The notes beneath the pieces were generated by a model. The model did not search any database. It was given only the letters and a program-made list of their open reading frames with translations, and had not been told where the DNA came from. 64,000 nucleotides of DNA. Origin: Euryarchaeota archaeon UBA130 (GTDB lineage Archaea > Thermoplasmatota > Poseidoniia > Poseidoniales > Thalassarchaeaceae). Both the position numbers and the translations under genes were made by a program. Shown in pieces: positions 56,886-64,000 of this stretch (its first letter is position 1; each line of letters begins with the position of its first letter). Location of the stretch: contig DAVY01000020.1 of NCBI GenBank assembly GCA_002505775.1, positions 4,860-68,859 of the forward strand, read 5' to 3'.

Positions 56886-58553
56886 TCAAAGTTCGGTAGC
56901 TGAGCCTTCCTCTTCACTCTGTCCTGAGGGAGAAACCTCAGTGTCGAGAGTAGCCCCGCTAGCCAGAATCTTTCTGATTGTAGTTGGTGATGTCAGTGTG
57001 TATGATTCAACAGAAATCGATGAAGTTGAGGAAGTACTTGCGGTTTGGACCGCCCTTCCCCTGAATTGACCGCTTATGGCGTTGGTGCAGTGGAATATGG
57101 CACCAACCACGGTCCCGTAGAACATTACTGACCCGACCTTCCTGAGTTCGTCATTTATTGAGGCACCCTGCTCGGCCATTGACTCCGTGAGAGCCATATC
57201 AGTGAAGTCAGACATCATGGTTATCAATAGGCCGAGGAAGGCCCCCGCGGTCATCATCCAATAGGCCCACCTAGACCTGTTCTCCGATAATTGATGCCTA
57301 CCACTGGCTCTTGGGAGGATACTCAGAGCCGCACCGAGGGAAAGTGGAATCATTACAAGCCAAATCGCCATTAAATCGAGAGACTGCGAAATTCCAGTTA
57401 GTTCGTTGACACCTCCGAGAGCGTCTGTCTGCACAAAAAGAGCTCCGATAGCAACCGGGACAAGCATCCATGATCCGAGATTCAGTTCCGCGATACCGGG
57501 TGCATCAGGATTCTCGACAAAGGCATCTGAACCCCTGAGAGTCACCAGCATGTTAGCGCTGAATGCGATAATTGGCATTGCGGCTAGGGCCATCAGGAAT
57601 GAGCCAGATATAACGTCCCTCGACGTGGCATCGAGTTCGCTTGAGGACAAGGAGAACAAGTCGGTTACCATCGACGAGTCCGTTGATCCCATGGGATTGA
57701 TAGTGACCAATGCTCCGAATAGTGTGAAAGCCACCAGGGATTTTGACCACAATGGATTCCCTGAACCAACAGATGCCGAGTATAGGGAGACTCCAGCCAG
57801 ACCACAGAAAAAGAAGGTCCCTCCTGACAAGTGGAAGAGTAGCCATTGGCCTGTTCCCTCCTCATATGCGCCACTCACGAACACTGCTAGAATCGCGGCA
57901 ATATTCCCAATGACTGCAAACAATATCAGCCATCCAGGGAATGGGATATCCTTGGTTGCCTCGGAAACAGTGATTATCATGTTGATTACAATGGCTATCG
58001 AGGCCAGGGAAAGCAATAGATTTGCGACGGGTAGTATTGTAATTCCAAGAATGACGCTATTCTGCGAGCCTATGAACATCAGCAATACGGACAGTGTCCA
58101 AAGAAGGGATACCAACGTAGCATTGGACTCGCTAGCCAAGTTTGTTCCGGATAGCTTTGGTAGGGCGTGCAGAGATGCGCCGATAACCATCATCCCGATA
58201 GCTCCAAATAAAGCAGTCAATCTACCTGCGTAAATAAACTCAGATGACTTTGGATGATATCCCCATGACTCAAAGCTGTGTAGAGCGGTGGGGTCATGTG
58301 TCAGCCAGAGCCCTACGAAGGTGAATGTTGAGGCCGCGAATGTCCAAACGAAACCGTGGATTATCCATGCAGTTGTTGCAGAGCCGGGGCGTCCACTGAC
58401 GAAATCTATTGCCGGCCCGAGGGCCTTCTCGAGCATGAACATGCTGAGGCTCTTGGATACGTCACTGAATATCCACAGGCCTCTCTTTATCAGTATGAAG
58501 AATATAGCCAAGATGAGCCAAAAGACTGCTAAAGTGGAAATTATGACATCCAT
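56886..58553 (-). CDS. Polytopic membrane protein (about 12 or more TM), apparent heme-copper-oxidase subunit-I-like fold lacking most His ligands
   Basis: Segments 'AGRLTALFGA', 'GQWLLFHLSGGTFFFCGLAGVSLY', 'NPLWSKSLVAFTLFGALV', 'AMPIIAFSANMLVTLRGS' and 'LGAALSILPRASGRH' line up with remembered CcoN motifs ([76 protein letters not shown]). Ser/Thr-rich C-terminal tail. Confidence 0.45.
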   Translation of the reverse strand: MDVIISTLAVFWLILAIFFILIKRGLWIFSDVSKSLSMFMLEKALGPAIDFVSGRPGSATTAWIIHGFVWTFAASTFTFVGLWLTHDPTALHSFESWGYHPKSSEFIYAGRLTALFGAIGMMVIGASLHALPKLSGTNLASESNATLVSLLWTLSVLLMFIGSQNSVILGITILPVANLLLSLASIAIVINMIITVSEATKDIPFPGWLILFAVIGNIAAILAVFVSGAYEEGTGQWLLFHLSGGTFFFCGLAGVSLYSASVGSGNPLWSKSLVAFTLFGALVTINPMGSTDSSMVTDLFSLSSSELDATSRDVISGSFLMALAAMPIIAFSANMLVTLRGSDAFVENPDAPGIAELNLGSWMLVPVAIGALFVQTDALGGVNELTGISQSLDLMAIWLVMIPLSLGAALSILPRASGRHQLSENRSRWAYWMMTAGAFLGLLITMMSDFTDMALTESMAEQGASINDELRKVGSVMFYGTVVGAIFHCTNAISGQFRGRAVQTASTSSTSSISVESYTLTSPTTIRKILASGATLDTEVSPSGQSEEEGSATEL

Positions 58554-58561
58554 GATATCAC

Positions 58562-58933
58562 CTACTCGCTAGTAGCCTCCGCAAGCATGGTCGCGATTAT
58601 GGAAAATGCACCAAAAATAACACCGAGGAGGAAGAACCAGATCCCAGAATCGAATACTCCCTCAAACATAGGAAGTACTTCGGAGACCACAGGCATGTCT
58701 CTGCCAGGGAATAAGATGCCGTAGAGTACAAGGAAAGATAGCATAGTTACGAATCCTAGCACCAATACTATTCCAGAGGAAGCTGGCTCTTTCTCACCTT
58801 GAATAAACACATCAACAGAACTCGGTACATCGGCAGACATAGACACACACCTCGCAAACGCGACAGAAGCGGACCGAACCAACAGAGATTGCCCCTTAAG
58901 CATTGGGCGGGGTGTAATGTCCCCAGCACTCAA
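58562..58933 (-). CDS. Small two-TM membrane protein
   Basis: Hydrophobic helices 'IVLVLGFVTMLSFLVLYGILF' and 'IWFFLLGVIFGAFSIIATML'. TTG start overlaps the upstream stop (TTGA). ATG 58903 or 58840 are alternatives. Confidence 0.45.
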   Translation of the reverse strand: MSAGDITPRPMLKGQSLLVRSASVAFARCVSMSADVPSSVDVFIQGEKEPASSGIVLVLGFVTMLSFLVLYGILFPGRDMPVVSEVLPMFEGVFDSGIWFFLLGVIFGAFSIIATMLAEATSE

Positions 58934-60063
58934 GGAGCACGCATGCGGTCCAACGGGTTCCCCCTCCTGTGGATGCCTGCGCCCATAGGGGCAGGAAGAG
59001 TAGCGTCACTCTGAATCTCGGCGTGCCATGCCTTCTTGCACTCGCATTCTAACCCTGTGAATTCCCTTAAGTCCCCGGAAACGGAGTACCTCTCAATTGC
59101 TGCCACGACTTCTGAATCGCACGAGCCACAGTTGTGAGATCCCCTGGTCTTCCCCCCTGCAGTTGGATGTACGATTACCCTGCAATCGGTATTGGATACA
59201 TCAGCATGCGTCCTTACGATCATTTCTACCAATGACCAAAGCCACGGAGGGCGATACTCCCTGTTTCTGAAGAGCCTGTCCACGATTGTACCCCTTTGAA
59301 TGTTCATTGGATTTATTGACACTTCGTCAGATATCTTGGATACTTCCATTACCCACTTTGAAGTATGTTCTAAGGCGTCTCCCTCGGACATGAATGGTGG
59401 CTTGAAAAGGAGATATGTCTTTACTCTTAATGAGTTTTCTCTAAGTAATTCCACGGCCCTGTGCCATTGTCTGATTGAGAAGCCTTTGTTAGCATGAAAT
59501 CTCAGAACGGTGTTGTCATATGCCTCCAAACCTATTGCTACAGTACAACCCGGGTGCCTCTCGGCGACCCATGCCAATTTCTCTTCCGTACACATTTGTG
59601 CCTGAGCTTCGACGACTAGGTGTAGTCCCATCTCGTAGGTCTCCCTCAACACATGTTCTTGCCACTCAGGAGGGTTCTCTCTATCCTCAAAGAATGTTCC
59701 AGATGTGTATACCTTGACCATTTTACATCCCTTGAAATTCTCAGTTTTCCTCTTGGCTTCTTCCCACTGAGAGAACATATCCTCAGATGTAACATCGTCC
59801 CTGACATCATTGAAGTAGCCACAAAATGTGCAACCTGACTTCCACCACCATGCACAACCCTTGGTTCTTAGGATTACCGTGACGGCTGTGCAGGGAGATC
59901 CGTCGGGGAGATTCTCCGGTGTCTTGTATACCGTAACTGGTTTGGAAGCGTCCCATGACTCTCGTGAGGCTACTGATTCAGGAGTATTCTCAGGAGCTTT
60001 TACGAGATGGTGGATTTTGACTGGCTTCTCACCATCGCCCATCAGTCCGCAAGACTGAGTCAT
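58930..60063 (-). CDS. Radical SAM protein of the archaeal TIGR01210/COG1244 type (archaeosine-synthesis RaSEA-like)
   Basis: 'VILRTKGCAWWWKSGCTFCGY' matches the remembered RTxGCxxxxxxGCxxCGY cluster of this family. C-terminal Cys-rich tail 'HNCGSCDSE...CECKKAWH'. Confidence 0.55.
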   Translation of the reverse strand: MTQSCGLMGDGEKPVKIHHLVKAPENTPESVASRESWDASKPVTVYKTPENLPDGSPCTAVTVILRTKGCAWWWKSGCTFCGYFNDVRDDVTSEDMFSQWEEAKRKTENFKGCKMVKVYTSGTFFEDRENPPEWQEHVLRETYEMGLHLVVEAQAQMCTEEKLAWVAERHPGCTVAIGLEAYDNTVLRFHANKGFSIRQWHRAVELLRENSLRVKTYLLFKPPFMSEGDALEHTSKWVMEVSKISDEVSINPMNIQRGTIVDRLFRNREYRPPWLWSLVEMIVRTHADVSNTDCRVIVHPTAGGKTRGSHNCGSCDSEVVAAIERYSVSGDLREFTGLECECKKAWHAEIQSDATLPAPMGAGIHRRGNPLDRMRAP

Positions 60064-60107
60064 GACATTCCCTCTGGGGGCGTACTATTGAACATTGACC
60101 GAAGTAG

Positions 60108-61964
60108 GTGAGTCCCAGGTTACCAGATTACGTAGGCGACACTAAAGACCAAGTATATTCTCAGGAGGCCATGGCGAGAGGCTTTGGGGGACTTTTGGCC
60201 AATTCAGAAACTGTAGATAGGCTTCTGGATGAGATGGACCCAGCAGACAAGAAATCATTGCAAAGTTGGTACTGGTTTGACTGGGCCAATCAAGCGTTTG
60301 CACTTACCGTAATCACGGTAGTCGTTCCGACATTATTGTCTAACATGTTCAATCTAGCGAATGGAGGGAGTGCGGATTATGCTGGTATGACCTTTACCGG
60401 GGACAGTTTCTATGCCGTCGTTCTTGGAATATCGAGTGTCTTTGTGGCGATAGTTAGTCCGGTTCTGGGTGCTATAGCTGATAGAATGCCAATAAAGAAG
60501 AAGATTTTGAGGGTTTACACCGTAGTGGGAATTCTGTTCACAGGGCTAATGGGTTTAGCCCCTTACATGGATGATAATTCTTCTTACAAATTCCTCGCAA
60601 TCTGTCTAATCATGGGCAATATTGGATTCGCAGGAGGCCATGCAATCTACTCAGCTTTCCTTCCATACCTCGGTGATAGGAGGCTAATGGACCACATTTC
60701 TAGCTGGGGATACGCGTATGGTTTTCTTGGAGGTTGCATACTCCTAACAGTCCATCTAGCTGTAGGACTGAGATTTGGATTTGAAGATCCAGACGTCCAA
60801 TGTTTTGTTTTCGTGACTAGCGCACTTTGGTGGTTAGGATTCTCGGTTCCAATGTTCCGAAACACCCCTGAACCAGAAATACCCAACCCAACAGAATACC
60901 CCAACGTGTTTGAAGCGGTTAAAGACGGGCTGAGGGAGATTAAGACCACTTTCTCGGAGATTCGAAGATACAAGGTCCTGAGTCTCTTCATGTGTGGATA
61001 CTTGCTTTTCTATGATGGTGTAAACGCCATAGGGGGTTTGGCGGCGGCATATGCTGATTCGGTTCTAAGGATTGATTTTACCATGAATTTCGTCCTTCTT
61101 CTGTCCGCAAATATTGTAGCGATTCCGATGACCATCATCGGAGCTTCACTAGCTAGCAAATATGGGAATAAGAATATTCTAGGTGGCGCTTTAACCATAT
61201 TCTGTGTGATTTCAGTTCTTGGGGTCGGCTTCGCTCCCCTTGAGCTGGGTAGCGATCATGAGAGGTATGATTTTCAATATGACTGGGATGAGGACGAAGA
61301 TGCCTACAAGCTGTCTACACTCTATGATAGGGGGGTTGATGGGTGGGTCAGTGAATCAGGAGAGGGTGATGAGGATTTCAGGTTGGCTTTCCTTTCATTC
61401 ATGAAGAATGGGGACGAGGAGATTAGCTTATTGGCTTTGGATGATGCTTCCTCTCTTTCGGCTGAGATGGTGAATGAGACCAATCACAGGTTCTCATTCT
61501 CTTTCAAAGGGGGGCCTTTGGACGGTGATGTCTCCGTTGGAGATGAACATCCTACAATAATTGAGGGAGGCCCGATAGATTGGTGGCCGAATTTCTTGAG
61601 AGATAATATTTGGGAGCCTGCTGGACTTGGCATAAACCTCCAGTGGGTCATTTTAGGTATGTCATTTGGGATGGTGATGGGAGTGGCAGGGGCACTCTCA
61701 AGGAGTCTTTTCAGTGTTCTAATTCCTACCACCAAGACAACTGAGTTCTTCGGGTTCTTCGCCTTCATAGGAAAGGCAGTTTCTGTACTGGGACCTATCG
61801 TTTATGCGATTGTAGCCGCTTCAATGGATAGCAGAATGGGTCTTTTGAGTGTTGTAGTCCCTATATTGATGGGGATGTGTTTCTTTTTCGTAGTGGATGT
61901 TGATGAAGGGATCAGGGTTGCTAAAGAGGTGGATGACGAAGCCATGGGAGTCGTTGAAGAATGA
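60108..61964 (+). CDS. MFS transporter, UMF1/Atg22-like family, with roughly 130-aa acidic loop insertion
   Basis: 'SWYWFDWANQAFALTVITVVVPTLL' is typical of the UMF1 N-terminus. About 12 TM. Insert at residues about 378-510. Confidence 0.7.
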   Translation: MSPRLPDYVGDTKDQVYSQEAMARGFGGLLANSETVDRLLDEMDPADKKSLQSWYWFDWANQAFALTVITVVVPTLLSNMFNLANGGSADYAGMTFTGDSFYAVVLGISSVFVAIVSPVLGAIADRMPIKKKILRVYTVVGILFTGLMGLAPYMDDNSSYKFLAICLIMGNIGFAGGHAIYSAFLPYLGDRRLMDHISSWGYAYGFLGGCILLTVHLAVGLRFGFEDPDVQCFVFVTSALWWLGFSVPMFRNTPEPEIPNPTEYPNVFEAVKDGLREIKTTFSEIRRYKVLSLFMCGYLLFYDGVNAIGGLAAAYADSVLRIDFTMNFVLLLSANIVAIPMTIIGASLASKYGNKNILGGALTIFCVISVLGVGFAPLELGSDHERYDFQYDWDEDEDAYKLSTLYDRGVDGWVSESGEGDEDFRLAFLSFMKNGDEEISLLALDDASSLSAEMVNETNHRFSFSFKGGPLDGDVSVGDEHPTIIEGGPIDWWPNFLRDNIWEPAGLGINLQWVILGMSFGMVMGVAGALSRSLFSVLIPTTKTTEFFGFFAFIGKAVSVLGPIVYAIVAASMDSRMGLLSVVVPILMGMCFFFVVDVDEGIRVAKEVDDEAMGVVEE

Positions 61965-62707
61965 GGAACTTCACAGTCATTCAAAACGTGCTTACTGCAA
62001 TAGTTATTCCATTCTTGACAGTTATTGTGGGAATATCCTCTATTCCCGCAATCTATCTATTTCTCTTTATTTTGGAGTCGGGCGGAGTAAAAGCTTCCTC
62101 ATTTTCGGAAATTGAGTCCGTGTCTTTGTTGGATTTCTTGTTTGTCGGAGTGGGATTGGGGATGGCAATAATGTCCTGGGGAGTGACTCTGGTAATACTA
62201 TCAGGGGCATTGGGAGGACTATTCCGTCCAAGACTAGAGCCTGGCAGGTACCCTTTGCAATCATTCGTAACAATACAATGGGCCTGGTCTATGATATTCC
62301 ACAGAATTGCCCTATTCTTCCTGCCATATCTTGTTCCTTCATTCATAGGAAACACGTATTACCGACTCTCAGGGGCAAAATTGGGTAAAGGAGTTCAAAT
62401 CAATTCTGCACATGTGAACGATGCTGGATCTGTCACTCTTGGAAATGGTGTGGTGCTCGGAGGTAATGCAACCATTAACGCACATCTTACAGAGAAGGGA
62501 GAGCTGGTGATGGCTCCTGTCACGGTTGGGGATGGTGCCCTTCTTGGTATGGGTTCAGTTGTGCAACCGGGTTGTACTATCGGACAAGATGCGATAGTGG
62601 CTTCGAGGGCGGTCGTTCCCAAGTGGACCGAGATACCTCCCGGAGAAGTTTGGGCGGGAATACCTGCCAAGTGCATAAGAAGGGCCGATGGTTCTAGGCC
62701 CGACTGA
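61961..62707 (+). CDS. Membrane-anchored hexapeptide-repeat (left-handed beta-helix) acyltransferase
   Basis: Three to four N-terminal TM helices, then 'GAKLGKGVQINSAHVNDAGSVTLGNGVVLGGNATINAHL...VGDGALLGMGSVVQPGCTIGQDAIVASRAVV'. ATGA overlap with the MFS stop. Confidence 0.7.
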   Translation: MRNFTVIQNVLTAIVIPFLTVIVGISSIPAIYLFLFILESGGVKASSFSEIESVSLLDFLFVGVGLGMAIMSWGVTLVILSGALGGLFRPRLEPGRYPLQSFVTIQWAWSMIFHRIALFFLPYLVPSFIGNTYYRLSGAKLGKGVQINSAHVNDAGSVTLGNGVVLGGNATINAHLTEKGELVMAPVTVGDGALLGMGSVVQPGCTIGQDAIVASRAVVPKWTEIPPGEVWAGIPAKCIRRADGSRPD

Positions 62708-62711
62708 ACAA

Positions 62712-63431
62712 TCAGCTGTCGTCAGTACTATCTTGGGATTCTTCCTGAGGCTCTGGTTCCTCTGACGAATTTTCGGCTGCGGCCTCCTTGACCGCCTCGA
62801 GGGTTTCATCCATCCTGTCCCTGAATGTATCCTGCTTCTCTTGGAACTCTTTGAAGTACTCCATGGCCCTGTCAATCATCTCGAACCTTGTCTCAGTGAC
62901 CTTCTTTATGTCCTCGAAGATTTTCATGTGCTCGACATACCAGTCGTCTCTTGCCTTCAGTTCTGCAGTAGCGGTCTGGAGTGCTTCATCGAGCTCCTCA
63001 GCTACGTCGAAAACCCGTCCGAGCCTTGCTTGTTCCCTTGTATACATCTCTTCCATCTTCTCCAACTCTGGCTCTAGGTGCTTGACCCTGGTTCCAGCCT
63101 TAGCGGACTCTATCTCGAGATTTCTGATTCTACTGTCCTTCTCGTTAAGGAGCTCTTCCAATCCTTCCTTTTCGATCTCCTTGTCTATAGCTTCCTTCTC
63201 CAGAACCTCGATATGCGCCTTCGAGTCATCAAACTCTGATTGCAGTGCCTGATAAGCGACGTAGAGCTTGTCTAAACGTTCCTTTTCCATGGCAAGCTGC
63301 TCGGCCAAATCATCCTGTTCGACAGGCATCGTCTCTTCTTCGCTCATGGTTATCCCAAACTGCTGGACTACAGCTTCCCCTTTAACCCCGGCGGAAAGGG
63401 GATACTCAAACACGTCATTAGCCGTATTCAT
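62712..63431 (-). CDS. Coiled-coil protein with acidic C-terminal tail
   Basis: 239 aa; heptad-like 'LAMEKERLDKLYVAYQALQSEFDDSKAHIEVLEKEAIDKEIEKEGLEELLNEKDSRIRNLE'. No enzymatic motif. Confidence 0.45.
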   Translation of the reverse strand: MNTANDVFEYPLSAGVKGEAVVQQFGITMSEEETMPVEQDDLAEQLAMEKERLDKLYVAYQALQSEFDDSKAHIEVLEKEAIDKEIEKEGLEELLNEKDSRIRNLEIESAKAGTRVKHLEPELEKMEEMYTREQARLGRVFDVAEELDEALQTATAELKARDDWYVEHMKIFEDIKKVTETRFEMIDRAMEYFKEFQEKQDTFRDRMDETLEAVKEAAAENSSEEPEPQEESQDSTDDS

Positions 63432-64000
63432 CTGGAAACAGCGGCGACAGTTTTTGCCAACACGGCAGTGAGTCTCTTTGCTGATGGGATGTGGAGCTTC
63501 TCATCTGGCCCATGGGCGTTATTCCCTGGTCCCGAAGCACCTGTGCAGAGGAATTTTGCTTCAGGGTATCTACTCTGCATCATTGCCATGAATGGAATGG
63601 TCCCTCCTATCCAAGTTGCTAGAGGAGGGCTATTTGTGAAGTAAGTGGCGGCCTCGGAGATGGCCCTCTTGACTTCCCCTTCTAATGGAAGGGAATGAAA
63701 CCCGTTGGCAGAGGAGTCTGGGACGAAGGAGACCTCTGCTCCGTAAGGTGGGTCTGACTCTAGGAGCTCCTTCAGAATTGGCTCCAACGAGCCGGCTTCA
63801 ACCCCTGGAGGGATTCTGAAGCTCAACTTCAGATCGGTATTGGTTCTCAGTACATTACCAGCTACTTGCACTGAGGGTAGGCCATCGGCCCCAATGACGC
63901 ACATCGATGGTTGCCAATTCATACCGAGAATCATGTCCGAGACTTTAGGAGAGACTGGGGTCAGAGAGTCGACAGTCGGGAGTTGCTCCCACAGTGACTC
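63428..64000 (-). CDS. M20-family metallopeptidase (dipeptidase-like), C-terminal part (5' end outside window)
   Basis: 'WIGGTIPFMAMMQSRYPEAKFLCTGASGPGNNAHGPDEKLHIPS' resembles the M20 C-terminal catalytic lobe. The frame stays open from 63935 to the window end, as I checked codon by codon. Confidence 0.6.
   Translation of the reverse strand, partial: ESLWEQLPTVDSLTPVSPKVSDMILGMNWQPSMCVIGADGLPSVQVAGNVLRTNTDLKLSFRIPPGVEAGSLEPILKELLESDPPYGAEVSFVPDSSANGFHSLPLEGEVKRAISEAATYFTNSPPLATWIGGTIPFMAMMQSRYPEAKFLCTGASGPGNNAHGPDEKLHIPSAKRLTAVLAKTVAAVSR

Noticed and set aside
57406-58233. 275-aa plus-strand ORF opposite the HCO-like membrane gene
   Set aside because: The minus-strand frame gives a coherent 12-TM hydrophobic pattern and operon-like spacing. 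The plus-strand product is compositionally odd with no motif.
1-64000. CRISPR arrays, rRNA genes, SRP or RNase P RNA, C/D-box sRNAs
   Set aside because: No regularly spaced direct repeats were seen by eye. All intergenic gaps are under 270 nt, and the larger ones (8165-8317, 9711-9979, 36354-36464) contain no TGATGA/CTGA box pairs.

Overview
Archaeal chromosomal window with about 62 protein genes and 2 tRNA genes. I saw no rRNA, CRISPR array or clear mobile element. Archaeal origin follows from EF-1alpha, aIF5B, S8e, S10, SRP19, Sec61beta, a family-B DNA polymerase and the conserved ftsZ-secE-spt5-L11-L1-P0-P1 cluster. An A-type cytochrome oxidase operon, several lipobox-bearing secreted PKD/BNR/NHL proteins and peptidases (PepC, M20) suggest an aerobic heterotrophic marine euryarchaeon, possibly Poseidoniales/MGII-like; this is inference only. 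All protein calls rest on motifs read from the supplied translations and recalled family signatures, with no database search. The most notable observations are: (1) a tight minus-strand operon (55.6-60.1 kb) whose 555-aa polytopic protein looks like a heme-copper-oxidase subunit I (CcoN/NorB-like) that has lost almost all canonical His ligands, flanked by a radical-SAM RaSEA-like gene, a small 2-TM protein and a YchF-like GTPase; (2) Spt5/NusG carrying an in-frame N-terminal Nudix-like domain; (3) an L11 gene that encodes only the C-terminal rRNA-binding domain; (4) CoxI fused to a roughly 215-aa secreted N-terminal domain with a CxCH motif, plus a His/Met-rich insert in CoxIII; (5) two Soj-type ParA genes without ParB, one directly after a SAP/HeH-domain membrane protein and one directly after MoxR; (6) a P1B-ATPase / triple zinc-ribbon / Glu-Arg coiled-coil / NHL plus thrombospondin-type-3 repeat gene string.
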